Of a stretch of 64,000 nt of DNA, positions 24,520-39,050 are shown piece by piece. The stretch is from Anthoceros angustus (Eukaryota; Plantae; Anthocerotophyta). Below the pieces are notes generated by a model. It was not told the origin of the DNA. It saw only the letters and a program-made list of their open reading frames with translations, and did not search any database. A program made the position numbers and the translations under genes. Within the stretch, counting starts at the first letter, position 1. Every line of letters begins with the position of its first letter. The stretch is taken from contig MU008185.1 of the NCBI GenBank assembly GCA_010909165.1, positions 558,001 through 622,000 of the forward strand. The letters are read 5' to 3'.

Positions 24520-27500
24520 TTGGTATGCTCGCTTATGCTTTTACGCCTCCATGTAAGGCACTTCCTACTCGTCATCGTATGCACCTCGAAACTTCCGCCC
24601 TCCGTTCGATTCCCAATTTTCTTCTTCCCCCTCCGCTTGCGTTAGGCAAGCTTTGCCACTTCTACCGCTTCCCTCCACCACGCCTTGCACATACAAACCA
24701 ACATGGCCATCATGAGTTACCCAACGTTAATGGGTGTACCAATCACCATAGTGACCATTTGCCTTACCTTCCGTCAGTCCCTCCTCGTATCTTACGCCTT
24801 CTTGGTGGGCCTTCCTCGTCGTCCTTCTTCTCGCAGCCCGTGCCCTTGTCACTCGCCCACCGCTGCCGCCTCTACTCCTCCTCCTCTTTTCCTCTTCGCC
24901 GCCACCCTTTATCGCAGTGGCGTTGCCTCAACGGGCTCCACTATGTAGGTCCATGCTCTCATCGGAGGCTGCAAGATATGTGCAGCACGAAATTAGGCAC
25001 ATCGTCCTCTTGACCTGCCTCTTGGATCGTCCCTATCAGCGTCCCCCCGTCTGTCCCCCCGCATCATGCGGCCTTTGCCCATATCAAAGGCGCCGCATGA
25101 TGCCCTCTTGAACCTCCTTCATTCTCTCTCCCCACGACATCGCCTCATGCTAGTGGCGCGCCTGCCCGAGCATGGATCTTTCTGGGTGATCCACCGTCCG
25201 CCCCCGCCACCCTCCTCCTACTCCCCTGCGTTTTTGGCTGTCCACCGTGCACACAAGTGTGTTTCCTCACAGTGACGGATCGTTGCCCCTCCGTGGTCCA
25301 CCACCCGACTCACGCCTCCACACTCATTGTTCCGCCATTCAGCGTCGTCAATCCATCGATCCCAACGGCCTCCACCCTCCGCAAACATGGCGTCACCTTG
25401 GTCTCGGGCACTCCTCCACCTCTTCTCCAGGTGCTTGCTGCCCACGTGACCCTCGTCGCCTCCACACACCATTCCGGGCATGCGGCTTCCACCAAACACA
25501 GGCGATCGTGGTGTCGCGGCACCACAATTTAAATCCATCTTGTCGATCGTTTCCCCTCTGCTGCCTCCCTCCTGCTTGCGCCCTCCGTTCGATTCCCAAT
25601 TTTCTTCTTCCCCTCACTTGCGTTGGCGAGGCAAGCTTTGCCACTTCTACCGCTTCCTCCCCGCCTGGCACACGTTGCATACAACCAACATGGCCATCAT
25701 GAGTTACCCGTTAATGGGTGTACCAATCACCATAGCGACCATTTGCCTTACCTTCCTCCGGTCCCTCCTCGTATCTTACGCCTTCTTGGTGGACATTTCC
25801 TCTTCCGTCCTTCTTGTCGCCCCGTGCCCTTGTCACTCGCACCACGCCTCCTCTCTCCTCCTCTTTTCCTCTTTTCCCCCTTTATCGCGGTGGCGTTGCC
25901 TCAACGGGCTCCACTATGTAGGTCCATGCTCTCGGCCAGGCTGCAAGATATGTGTGCACGAAATTAGGCACATCGTCCTCTTGACTGCCTCTTGGATCGT
26001 CCCATTATCTGTCCCCCCGTCTGTCCCCTTGCCTCCATCATGCAGCCTTTGCCCATATCAAAGGCGCACGCATGATGCCCTCTTGAACCTCCTTCATTCT
26101 CTCTCCCCACGACATCGCCTCATGCTAGTGACGCCTTTTGGCCCGAGCATGGATGCTGCTGGGTGATCCACCGTCCGCCCCCGCCACCCGCCTCCTCCTA
26201 CTCCCCTGCGTTTTTGGCTGTCCACCGTGCACACAAGTGTGTTTCCTCACAGTGACGGATCGGTTGCCCCTCGTGGTCCACCACCCGACTCACCCTCCAC
26301 ACTCATTGTTCACCGCCATTCAGCGTCGTCAATCCATCGATCCCTCCACCCTCCGCAAACATGGCGTCACCTTGGTCTCGGGCACTCCTCCACCTCTTCT
26401 CCGGTGCTTGCTGCCCACGTGACCCTCGTCGCCTGCCTCCATCACACCATTCCGGGCATGGCTTCCACCAAACCTGGGCGATCGTGGTGTCGCGGGCACC
26501 ACAATTCGTCCATCTTGTCTCGTTTCCTCTGCTGCCTCCCTCCTGCTTGCGCCTCGTGGCGTGGCCCGTCTCCACTTCACCGCTCTTGTTTCATCGCCTT
26601 TCCCCCTTCCAATACCCGTTGTGCCTCCTCTCTGTCCTCCTCCCCCCAAGCCCCTTGCCTGCATCATGCCCATATCAAAGGCGCACGCATGATGCCCTCT
26701 TGAACCTCCTTCATTCTCTCTCCCCTGGACATCGCCTCATGCTAGTGACGCCTTTTGGCCCCGCCCGAGCATGGATCTTCGATCCTGCTTCAGTCCCCCC
26801 GCCACTCCTCCTACTCCCCTGCGTTTTTGGCATCCATGCACACAAGTGTGTTTCCTCACAGTGACGGATCGGTTGCCCCCCTCGTGGTCCACCACCCGAC
26901 TCCGCCTCCACACTCATTGTTCCCGCCATTCAGCGTCGTCAATCCATCCGATCCCAACGGCCTCCACCCTCCGCAAACATGGCGTCACCTTGGTCTCGGG
27001 CACTCCTCCACCTCTTCTCCGGTGTTGCTTGCTTGCCCACGTGACTGACCTGCCGCCTCCAATCACACCATTCCGGGCATGCGGCTTCCACCAAACACAG
27101 GCGATCGTGGTGTCGCGGGCACCACAATTCGTCCATGCTCGTCGTTTCCCCTCTGCTGCCTCCCTCCTTGCGCCTCGTGGCTGGCCCGTCTCCACTTCAC
27201 GCTCTTGTTTCATCGTCGCCTTTCCCCCTTCCAATACGTTGTGCCCGCCTCCTCTCCTCCTCCCCAAGCCCCTTCCGTGCCATGCATTCCTTCCTAGCCT
27301 CCACGTCCATCGCCACCACGTGCTGCCTCCCACCCCTTCCTTCTCGCCTCGGAAGGCCACCATATCGGATCCATCTCCAATTCAATGTCATTAAGCAAAA
27401 TGGTCATTTCCTTGTTCTCCTTGCAATGGCACGAATCTACGGTGTCTTGTCATACACTCCTGCCTTACCCTTGGGAACTCGCACGGAACCCCACTATCGC

Positions 27501-29900
27501 GGACCGCCCACAGTGCATGGAAATCGTCCTCTTCAACCTCCCATACTGCCTCTTCTTCCGTTGGAAACCGCCATCTTGATTCTCAAACCTCACCACCCAG
27601 CCACGCCCTCCCTTTCCCCATGGGTTTGGACCCATCCCCGTTTTGGCTAGCCTCTCTTTTGCTGCGATTTCGTGCTTGATGGCTCAAACTTCCGTTCCTC
27701 TTCAACTCCATCCGAGCCCATGCAAGTGCATCTTCCCACTCTTCGTCATCCACCATGCTCGGTTTCTTCCCATGTCCTCCCCTCTACCATTTCCTCTAGC
27801 GCGCCCAGCTTCCACACATCGAGGTGCGTGTCCGTCATCTGCGAAGTGTCGGCTTATGCTTTTACGCCTCCATGTAAGGCACTTCCTACTCGTCATCGTA
27901 TGCACCTCGAAACTTCCGCCCTCCGTTCGATTCCCAATTTTCTTCTTCCCCTCACTTGCGTTGGCGAGCAAGCTTCTCGCTTCCCTCCACGCGCCTTCGC
28001 TGCATACAAACCAGCATCATGAGTTACCCGTTAATGGGTGTACCAATCACCATAGTGACCATTTGCCTTACCTTCCTCCGGTCCCTCCTCGTATCTTACG
28101 CCTTCTTGGTGGACATTTCCTCTTCCGTCCTTCTTCTATCGCCGTGCCCTTGTCACTGCGGCTGCCGCCTCTACTCCTCCTCCTCTTTTCCTCTTCGCCC
28201 GCCACCCTTTATCGCGGTGGCGTTGCCTCAGCTCCACTATGTAGGTCCATGCTCTCGGCCGAGGCTGCAAGATATGTGTCTGCACGAAATTAGGCACATC
28301 GTCCTCTTGACTGCCTCTTGGATGCGTCCATATCGCGTCCCCCCGTCTGTCCCCTTGCCTGCATCATGCCCATATCAAAGGCGCACGCATGATGCCCTCT
28401 TGAACCTCCTTCATTCTCTCTCCCCACGACATCGCCTCATGCTAGTGACGCCTTTTGGCCCCGCCCGAGCATGGATCTTCGATCCTGCTTCAGTCCCCCC
28501 GCCACTCCTCCTACTCCCCTGCGTTTTTGGCATCCATGCACACAAGTGTGTTTCCTCACAGTGACGGATCGGTTGCCCCCCTCGTGGTCCACCACCCGAC
28601 TCCGCCTCCACACTCATTGTTCCCGCCATTCAGCGTCGTCAATCCATCCGATCCCAACGGCCTCCACCCTCCGCAAACATGGCGTCACCTTGGTCTCGGG
28701 CACTCCTCCACCTCTTCTCCGGTGTTGCTTGCTTGCCCACGTGACTGACCTGCCGCCTCCAATCACACCATTCCGGGCATGCGGCTTCCACCAAACACAG
28801 GCGATCGTGGTGTCGCGGGCACCACAATTCGTCCATGCTCGTCGTTTCCCCTCTGCTGCCTCCCTCCTTGCGCCTCGTGGCTGGCCCGTCTCCACTTCAC
28901 GCTCTTGTTTCATCGTCGCCTTTCCCCCTTCCAATACGTTGTGCCCGCCTCCTCTCCTCCTCCCCAAGCCCCTTCCGTGCCATGCATTCCTTCCTAGCCT
29001 CTCCACGTCCACGCCATACCACGTGCACCGCTGCCTCCACCCCTTCCTTCCGTCGCCTCGGAAGGCCACCATATCGGGATCCATCTCCAATTCAATGTCA
29101 TTAAGCAAAATGGTCATTTCCTTGTTCTCCTTGCAATGGCTGAATCTACGGTGTCTTGTCATACACTCCTGCCTTACCCTGTAGGAACTCACGCAGAACC
29201 CCACTATCGCGGACCGCCCAGGCTGCATGGAAATCGTCCTCTTCAACCTCCCATACTGCCTCTTCTTCCGTTGGAAACCGCCATCTTGATTCTCAAACCT
29301 CACCACCAGCCGCCCTCCCTTTCCCCATGGGTTTGGACCCATCCCGTTTTGGCTAGCCTCTCTTTTCTGCGATTTCGTGCTTGATGGCTCAAACTTCCGT
29401 TCCTCTTCAACTCCATCCGAGCCCATGCAAGTGCATCTTCCCACTCTTCGTCATCCACCATGCTCGGTTTCTTCCCATGTCCTCCCCTCTACCATTTCCT
29501 CTAGCGCGCCCAGCTTCCACACATCGAGGTGCGTGTCCGTCATCTGCGAAGTGTCGGCTTATCTTGGACTTGACCACGGTCAGGAATGCTTGGACAGTTT
29601 CACTAACGTGCTTTCTCTTCTTTGAACGTCCGCCATCTTGCAGTGCCGAGTTCATTCACAACCTTCGTCCTCACGGTACCATTCTGCGTGCCTTGCTCGC
29701 CGAACAACATGAGTCCCTCCCCACCTTCATGTGGTTTGCATGGCCTCCTTGACCATTTCACCCCATGCTTGTTTATCAAGGCTTTAACGATTGCATCGTT
29801 GTCCACCGCACTCAGCGCCGCGGCATCCAGACCTGTCATCATCACCGGGTTAGAACACCACCCCTTGCGAAATTGATTGCGCCATTCGAGATCAAGTGCA
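24520..29900 (-). pseudogene. TnpA-like (Transposase_24/Ptta-type) gene of the CACTA element, frameshifted, with internal 1-1.7-kb tandem duplications
   Basis: Core at ~29200-29560 (copy at ~27500-27850): VDDEEWEDALAWAR...ARNR...GPNPWGKGG...FENQDGRFPTEEE. Downstream low-complexity segments are repeated 3-4 times; 26660-27300 is essentially identical to 28360-29000. Boundaries approximate. Confidence 0.55.
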
Positions 29901-30959
29901 CGTGGTCGGTCGTGTCAGCCTCTGCCGGCCCCCCTTCCACGATTCCCACTTTCCCTTCTTGCAATCGCCACCGCCCGCCCTCGAAAGGTTGCCTCCCTTG
30001 TCCCCATGCTTAAACACCGCCATGCGGTGCTCTGTGTTACCGTTTGTCCACCATGCCCACTCACCCGGCGCAAACTTGAGCGTGTGCACACTTTGCGGCG
30101 TCACTTGCCGCAAAGTGTGCACTTGGTGTGCACACTTTGCCGCATCACTTGCCGTTAAATCGACTCGCGACAACCAACCTCATCCGACGTAAATAGCTCC
30201 TCCTCTATGTCGTTCAATTCTTGCGCAATGCTCCAACTCGCATCCGTGGTGGGAGGTTCCGATCTCGGCGTCGTCAAAATCAACTCCCTGTGACCATCTC
30301 GCCTCGCCTCGCCTCTTACCTCTGGCCGTCTTGATGAGGCCGCTTCTTGGTCGCCGATGTCGAATGAAGACCGCGGTGGGTGCGGGGATGAGCGACACGG
30401 CCGAGGCGGTTGCCCCCATCCTCCCCACCCGGATCGGTCCATCGTCGTCGGCCGTCGCCGGCGCCCGGCGTGGTGTTCGGCCCGCCGTGCGACTCGGCAA
30501 GCCTCGGTGGCCATACTCTCCACCTGTGAACCGGTTGTCCACCGTTCCATCTGAAGGCAATGGCTTCCTCTCGGCGCGGGCCATGAGTCCGGTGCGCATT
30601 CAAGACCATTTTGAAAAAGCTTGTTTGCAAAGGCCGGCGGTGGTCATTCTGCTATCGGGACCGGTGCTGCACTTGCTACTTGCCCATAATCACAACATTT
30701 TCGACCACAACCTCGCGGATGGAGCAATTTTCATGTCCCATTGGTTACGTTGCGTTACTCGTGATGTATGATATTGCCCAAATGGCGCTCTCAATGCCCC
30801 CATTACTCCATTTTAATAATCATCGACTTCCTCGACCATTCCCACACGTCACTTGGGTATTGGCACATTCGCCATTGGATCTGTGCTTGTTTGTTTGGAA
30901 ATACTTTAATGCCCACTTGGCATCGGTTTTGCCCCATCCGTTACTCAAACGACATGCCA

Positions 30960-33930
30960 CAATCTATGTGCCCGGATGGGTTCCTCCTCTCTCCATCCCT
31001 CGCCGGAGTAGGCACGGCCAAGGCCCACCCCTTTCCATCCACGTCTCCGGATGCATCATGCCTTTGAGTTGCGATGGCCACACAAATGGACCATCGATGG
31101 AGTGCACCACACGGAAACCTTCTCGTATTCACAAGGTCAAACCCGTGTCGACTTCGCGATGGCCTTGTCCCTCTGGCCGACACTCGTACCATCCAACCTT
31201 CAGCACGGATTATACTCCTCAGAAGCGCATCCATGATATTTGCTCTATGTGGCCGTAGAAGACGCGCTCCTCTTGAGCTCCCAGCCCCCTGTCCCACCCA
31301 TGATAAACTTTGCGCACTGCACTATCTTTTGTGCTCCGCCGTTTATGCCTCCATACGAGGTGGCTGCCTTTGTTCCACATGTGACTATGTGCCATTGCTT
31401 GCAAGCGGGCCATCCATTATAGCCCTCACTTGGGTCATAGCAGATGCCCCTCCCAAGCGCTCACCGCCCTTCTTGTGCACCCACCTCTTGAAACTTCGTT
31501 CCTCATGTGCACCGTACATCCTCACCTCTTCGTCATTACATGTCCAAAAGCGGCTGCATCACCTTCGTGTGATACGGCACATAAAGTAGCTGGCGCACCT
31601 CAGCGGCATCCATTGTGTACGGGGCCGACACCCAACTTTTCTCCCACACGGTCCTCGGGACTCCATGATCCATACGTGACCATAAATATGAGGAATGACA
31701 TGCCGAAATGCATACTCTCCTCTCTCATATACCCCACGGCTATCTGGACTCTGGTTTGTGTATTGTCCGCTTCTGGATCCTAAGTATCTCTCCACCGGGT
31801 ACATCCACAGTGTGCTGGGCCAATGCACCTCGTCCACTAAATGTATTATGAGGTGGGTTGATATATCAAAGACCTTTGGAGGGCTTTTCCAGAGCACATC
31901 ACCCATGACCTCTTCTCGTTGTGCTTGAATTTCATGGCCGGTGTCATTGGCAAATCCATCATCTGATCGACCCAATTTCACAACCGCCTTGTACACCTCG
32001 GGTCTATGCACCCCGAAGGACGATGGGAAGATGATTTCCAGCATGATGTGCGATCATGGCACTTCAAAACCACTTTGCCCCTCTAATTTCGCTCCTATGT
32101 TAGACCCATAGCCTGTGGGCAGCTTTATGCGTTTAATTCTCTCTATGACTTGCGGAGGTCGTCTTTCGCCAAAACGTAAGGCGCCTCGGGCAATGGCCTC
32201 TCCTACCGCCACAACCACCTTTTCCCTCCATTGGCTTCCATGTCCATCCTTGATGCTAGGTCGTCTCGCTCCCGTCAAAGTGTGCCATATGGCCTGCATT
32301 GTTCTTTTCCACGTGCATGACATCCTTTGGCGCCATCACAAGAAGGTGGCGCCAATATGGGAGCACCCTAAGCGAGAAGACATCCGCGTTCCAAAATTTC
32401 CTCGTTGCGGATCTCGGCGGTGGCGCACCTTCTCTGCGTACCATATCATCACCACATCATCAAGCGTTGGTGGCACGGGTGGGGACGGAGTTCCGTCCAT
32501 CGTACCGATCCATGTCTTCCCACCGTCGCTATCGCCTTGGGCAACCACCTCCTGTTGCCAACATAAACCTGCTTTTTAATTGATGAGAATAGCGGGAATC
32601 CAGTCCGAGCAATCCACACACGCCGGGTCCCTTTCACTTGCAATCCGATCGGTGCCCAACCACAGGTAGTCGGCAATGACGTTCGGACGCCGCACCTAAA
32701 ATGCCTCCTAGGATCGTTCACGGTATTGAAAAGTCTTCCATGTCCACCCCTCTCACAACTCTTCCGGTTCTTCTACCGGGCGCCATATAAACATCAAAAT
32801 TTTTACCATGCCCGGTCTGGTACAATGAGAGGCATGATGACATGGGCGTCCTTTGTGCAAGCCGGAGGCATGTTGTGAGCGAATAGCATAACGGCCATAT
32901 GGACGTGTTGATGCACGTGACCAAAGGGGTTGAAGCCGTCATGCATAATGCCAACCTCAAGTTGCGAGGTTCATCCCGAACCCTTCAAGCGCATCAAATA
33001 CTCTCCATGTTGGGGTGTATCGCCATCATGGACATGTCCCCATTCTCGCTTTGCCTCCCGGCGTACCAAGTCATCATCTGCTATTTAGGCATTCAACATG
33101 CGTTTCAATCGCGTCTTAGAAATGCCGAGGACCTTGCGGACATCGCTCATCAAACCCTTCCTTGTACGCGTGCCTGCGAGGGCAATGGGCGCTGCCGCGT
33201 ACTCACCCCGAATAGAATACAATCTTTTCACAAGCATGGATTTTCACGTATCTTGGCCCAAACATGTACACAACGACTTTGCCTCGTACATGTCCTTGAC
33301 TTGCTTTGGGCGCAAAATATCCACACTTAAGAGCTTTAAAAGTGCCGTCGCGTCAACGATGTCATACATCGTTTGCCAAACGGCAACGATGTTGCGCTTA
33401 GCTGCTTTCTTTCGATTGGACTTCCTCTTCAATGTGGTATAACGTTTGCCCACTCGACAGCGGTTGCCGACTCCATCCACCGCCTTTGCAACATCCGTGG
33501 CTTCCAAAGAACTCGTCCGCATGCACTTGCATATCATCACCTCCGAACCCTCATCCATACTTTCGTCGTCGGAACTACTAGTGTGGTTGTGGGATGGCCA
33601 CCGCTCGTTCCTGTCGGACCCATCGAGCCGTATCCGAATCCGTCAGGGGTGCGGAGCGCCGTCAAGACGGCGCTCTTCTATGCCGCTCGTGTCTCGCCGA
33701 CCGCAAAAAGCCACCTTAAAGCTAGAATTGGAGTGCATTTGCTGGCCATTGATGCGAGAGAACTCACGGCCACGAGTGCACAGGCGAGCGGTGAATTCTT
33801 GAAATGTGCGAATACGAGCTGCGAGCTCGCGACATGGCGGCGGACAATACATGTACACCGCATGCATTTCGTGGCATCCTCCCTGTGGTCGTGATCGGTA
33901 GGCACGGCAACCACAGCAAAGGTGGTACAT
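30960..33930 (-). pseudogene. CACTA TnpD/TNP2 transposase (Transposase_21 + DUF4218 + DUF4216), many apparent frameshifts
   Basis: KIHACEK.C.L, NLRLAL, KNFDVYMAP, LPYWRHLLV..DVMHVEKN, IKLPTGYGSNI, KCHDRHIMLE, FDISTHLIIHLVDEV...WMYPVERYLG, FYGHIEQI, PFVWPSQ. Confidence 0.9.
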
Positions 33931-34039
33931 CCGTTATCCGAACGCCCGTCCCACGTGTGCAATCATGACTTCATGACCCATAAACAGACGACACGTAGGA
34001 CTGGAACGTGCTTGCGAAACCATGGACGGAAGCACAAAG

Positions 34040-36440
34040 CGTCGGAGATCCGCCGTCGTGATGACCCGGCTCGGCGGTAAGTCGGCCGACGATCGGGGCA
34101 AAGCGGCTCGCCGGCGATGCGCATCGACGGCGAGATCGGGCGGACAAGAACCTCGCCTCGGACATGAGCAATGAATTTGCGCCAAAGCCACCACCGTCTT
34201 CAATCCCAACTCGGTGACGAGCACGGTTGGCGAGCACGCCCGGATGCACGCAATGTTCGGCAGTGCATGCAGCGGCGGTGGAAACTGCCGGCGTTATGTC
34301 AGCGTGGTAGCCGACTCTTACGGGGCCGGAGATTGGGCGTAGTGTAGGGTGACACCGCAATGGAAAGGGAGGATGTGTGGCTACAGGTGGTCGGCACCAG
34401 CGGTCGAGATGGTTGACACGCGTATCGATCATTGCATTTGGGGATGCGTGTTTTGATTTAAAGTTGATTACACACAATCCAAAGTTCGACAACGGCCTTG
34501 ATCGTCCTAAGCTTGCAAGCAAATGCGAACAAAGCGTTCGAGGAGGCGCCTTCCCCTTGGTGTAAACAACCTCCTTCATGTCCACTCTCTGACGAATAGT
34601 GTTGAGCTCATTGTCTCAAAGTCTGCAGCTCCCATGTTGCGTCGCCATTCTGTGAAAGGGCACGAACCCGGTGCAGAGTGCGTTCCATCTTTGTCTCGTC
34701 CAACGCATCCCAATTCCATTCTGTGAAGTGTAGCTTGACCACGGTGGCGCGCGGACGTGAAGCCCCACATCGGCGGTTCTATCCAGGCGACTCAATTTCT
34801 GAACCTCCTCCTTGGATCGTGGCCTCTGCGAAATTGTAGCTCCGAATGCGGTTCGCCTCTTCTTCCCATGGAGGAAATGTGGCTTGATGCGGCACTCCGT
34901 CGGCGCCCGGATGCGTCGCCGCCACAGCGATTGCTCCTCCACTTTCCTCTTGCCCTTCGCATCACCCGGGGCGGATCGGTCCCTACGGGAGGGTGGCGTG
35001 TACATCGCCTTACCCTTCTCTCTCAATCTCCCTCGCCTTCAACTTCCGAGGCTTGCGGCGCAATCCTTGCCAATTCTCTCCATCGAGGTATGCAATGGAC
35101 CGGAATCTAGAGAATGCCTTGTGCATCTAGGAGGGAGGCAAAGAGCTATAGCACCAATCACCATACTTTGTTTATTACGCGTGACTCGGAAGGGCGTGCA
35201 AGCGGTGACTTGTCATGTCCGGTCAAGCGGTATGAGCACAAACACGTCGCTATGGAGATCCGCCGTCGTGATGACCCGGCTCGGCGGTAAGTCGATCGGG
35301 GCAAAGCGGGCGCCGAGGCGATGCGCATCGAGCAGACATCGGCGGGACAAGAACCTCGCGCCTGGACATGAACAGCGTTGCGCGAAGCCACCACCGTCTT
35401 CCAATCCCAACTCGGTAGGCGAGCACGGTTGGCGAGCACGCCCGGATGCACGCAATGTTCGCGACGTGCATGCGCTAGCGGCGGTGGAAACTGCCGGCGT
35501 TATGTCAGCGTGGTAGCCGACTCTTCCGACGGGCCGGAGATTGGGCGTAGTGTGGGGTGACACGCAATGGAAAGGGAGGATGTCGCTAGCTGGTGGTGGC
35601 GGTCGGGGATGGTTGACACGCGTATCAGTCATTGCATTTGGGGATGCGTGTTTTGATTTAAAGTTGATTACACACAATCCGCAAAGTTCGACAACGGCCT
35701 TGATCGTCCTAAGCTTGCAAGCATATGCAGAACAAAACGTTCAGGAGGAGGCGCCTTCCCCCTTGGTGTAAACAACCTCCTTCATGTCCACTTCGTCTAC
35801 GGCAAGGAATAGTGTTGAGCTCATTGTCTCAAAGTCTCTGTACAGCTCCCATGTTGCGTGCGCCATTCCTGTGAAAGGGCACTGAACCCAGTGCCCGCAG
35901 AGTGCGTTCCATGCTGTCTCGTCCAACGCATCCCAATTCCATTCATGTGAAGTGTGTAGCTTGACGCGGCTTGGAGGTGAAGCCCCACATCGGCTTGTTC
36001 TATCCAAGCAGCGACTCAATTTCGCAACCTCCTCCTTGGATCGTGGCCTCTGCGGTTGTAGCTCGAATCGCCTCTTCTTCCCATGGAGGAAATGTGGCTT
36101 GAATGCGGCACTCCGTCGGCGCCCGGATGCGTCGCCGCCCGCAGCGATTGCTCCTCCACTTTCCTCTTGCCCTTCGCATCACCCGGGGCGGATCGGTCCC
36201 TCACGGAGGGTGGCGTGTACATCCTACCCTTCTCTCTCAATCTCCCTCGCCTTCAACTTCCGAGGCTTGCAGCGCAATCCTTGCCAATTCTCCATCGAGG
36301 TATGCAATGGACCGGAATCTAGAGAATGCCTTGTGCATCCAGGAGGGAGGAGACAAAGAGCTATAGCACCAATCACCATACTTTGTTTATTACGCGTGAC
36401 TCGGAAGGGACGTGCGCAAACGGTGACTTGTCATGTCTGG
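34040..36440. repeat. ~1.2-kb tandem duplication inside the CACTA element, with unidentified coding-like sequence on the minus strand
   Basis: 34045-35220 aligns by eye to 35255-36440 (e.g. GGAGATCCGCCGTCGTGATGACCCGGCTCGGCGGTAAGTC at both starts). Confidence 0.8.
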
Positions 36441-38529
36441 TCAACGGTATGAACGGGCACCAAACCATACCCATCCATTCCGCCAAGCAGACAGGACAGG
36501 TCATCGAGTTTTATTGGGTGACAGCATGAGAAGTACACGTAGTGATCAAAGAAGAAGGACTTTCCCATCCCAGCGTTTAATTACGGTAATCATATACCCC
36601 ACATTGTGAGGTATAAACCGTCCCTAGTCACCGACGGCCGTGATCCGAGACGGCAGAGCCAAGGCGGGCGGCACTCCATACCAGGTCCTTGATGGCCGAC
36701 AAGAGGAGAGCAACCTCCGTCCATCATCCTTGATGGCCATCGTCATTGGAGCTGCAGCCTCGTCCTTGATGGGCATCGTCGGTTTCCAGCACCAGGCAAC
36801 AACGATGTGCAAACACTTCTGCAATGATCCACAAACAGACAGGGGTGAGGGAGCGGAATGTTGCGGGTTCGTCAAATGCGGATTCCACAACAACTTCACA
36901 CAGCAGGCATGAACTTGCAGGTTGGAGAAAAGGGCCAAACAAAAAGTGTTCACATGCGGCGCCTCCCAGCCGAGCCCCCAATCCATACCGTGTGCGGTCA
37001 CCTGAACACCATGCCCGCACCAGGTAGAAGGGACCACCTCGCTAGAGAAGGAACCACCGCCACCGAGCGGCAAGGCGTGAGGGGATAGCAAGAGGAGATG
37101 CTCCACGCCGTGAAGGCGGGGACACCGCGCCCAACATTCCCATATGATCCTTGATGGCCATCGTATTTCCGTTGGCGGTGAAGATGGAGACATGCACACA
37201 CGCCTCGTCTTTGCGAGCTACCAGTGGATACCCACGGTGGTTTCGGCGGGCTTCGTTGCGGCATACTTGCACATGTCCGTCATAGACGGCACAAGGTAGA
37301 GCGACAGCAGGGAGGCGTGTTTCCGCTGGAAGACAAGCTCGCCCTCGGATGCGAAGATGACCAAAACAAAGGTAGTAGCGTGAAGCGAGGGGCAAGGTGG
37401 TGACATTTAAAGCGGAACACGACGACCTTAGGCAGCCTCTTGTCCTCCAGGCCACATCGGGTTGCGGATGAGAGGATCTTGAATTTCAGCCGTTCCTTAC
37501 ATGTGAGAAAGGAGACATGGCGGTGGCATGGCGTCATCGAGCGATGACGGTTGGCGGTAAATTCATGGAGGGCGGTGGCGCGCGGGGCAAAGCGCGGAAC
37601 ACGGTAGATGTCATGTCTCCCAAGGTCCGGATATCCTTTGCGGCAGTGCGGCGCGAGTGACGCCGAGCCGTCACATTGGCGTCTGCCGGAAGGTGTGAAT
37701 ACATGACACGTTACGCCATGTGACGCGTTTGATTGGTGGATCGCATAACGGAGTCTCGAGCGATGCACATCATTATATGGGAGCAGCGAATTGGCATATA
37801 TATGGCAAATTCACATACGGCCGGTCCTTCATTCATGGCATAATGAATGGGGGCATTTAGTTTGCTTGAATGGCTCTCACGTGCCACCTACCGTCCTTGC
37901 ACAATGGTGTAGAAGCGGATATGAAGAGAAGCAGGCGTCACAATGCACCGACCTTGTGGCATGTTTTCTACCATGCCCGGCTTTTCAAATATTAAAATGG
38001 CTTCACCACACCTTTCTTGGACAACGGTGGAAGACAAGTTTATGCGAGAGATAGGGAGCCATTGTCTTTGGTTCATGGCGGGTTGTAGGCCATGACATTG
38101 TCATGGCCTTCAACATAGGGGACCATACATGGCATGCATGGAGGAATGGCATGGAGGAAGGGCACATACAACAAGTATCGGTGCGCCATGGCAAGCCAAG
38201 GTTGCAGGTGGCATGGCACGCCACGAAGTCTCCCTCCTCTCTCCTCTTTCCTCCCTCCCCCACCGCACCGCGCCGCCCCACGCCGGCACCACCACTCCCC
38301 ACACACCATGGCCACCATCATACCGTCACCACGGGGCTCCCTGGAATGTGGTCGCGGACATCGTCGCATCGCGGGCTGGATCGGTAGGCAATGTGGTATC
38401 CGAGAACGGGGCAAAGCATAAAAAATAGCAAATTAACACATGCATGGTCCGTGGAGCATGGCAGTTCTAAGTGGTCTTGCCCTTGAATGGCATGCCACAT
38501 CTGGGCATTACCACGAAATGGCATTGCGA

Positions 38530-39050
38530 ACACTTGTCCTTGGGTCTGGGATGATTAAATGCAAATTGTCTTATTGGAGGAAGGTGCCGTCTACAAATCA
38601 TTTGTCCTTGTGTCACAATGGTAATCCACAAAGGGCAAATTTGTCCTTGGCTCTCCAAATGGTCATCCGAATGGCCAAAATTGACATGAGGCAAAGACAT
38701 GGTCATGACGAATGAGGAACATTTGTCCTTGGGTCGAAGTGATCATGCATGATGGGAATGTATTGTCCTTGGACCACATAGCGGTAATGAACAATGGCAA
38801 ATTATTGTCGATCGAAAATGATCTTCCATAATGGAAACATTTGTCCTTGGCTTTCGAAAATGGTCATCCGGAATGGCCAAAATTGACCGAGGACATGGTC
38901 ATGACAATGAGGAACATTTGTCCTTGGGTCACGAAATGACCATACATACGGAATGTTTTGTCCTTGGACCACGAAATGCGCATGAGCAAAGGGAAATTAT
39001 TTTCCTTGATGCGATATGGTAATCCATAATGGGCTAAATTTGTCCTTGGA
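38530..39050. repeat. Internal array of the (A)TTTGTCCTTGG motif with ~40-bp spacing
   Basis: About 11 copies at ~38533, 38565, 38600, 38639, 38721, 38762, 38839, 38917, 38957, 38999 and 39039, with a higher-order ~200-bp unit. Confidence 0.85.

Noticed and set aside
24486-29750. Repeated plus-strand hydrophobic ORFs (MSYPLMGVPITIVTICLTFL...) as a membrane-peptide family
   Set aside because: Antisense translation of purine-rich TE sequence; frames are not preserved between copies.
38530-39050. CRISPR-like repeat-spacer array
   Set aside because: The core is only ~12 bp and degenerate, and the linkers are themselves related in a ~200-bp higher-order unit.
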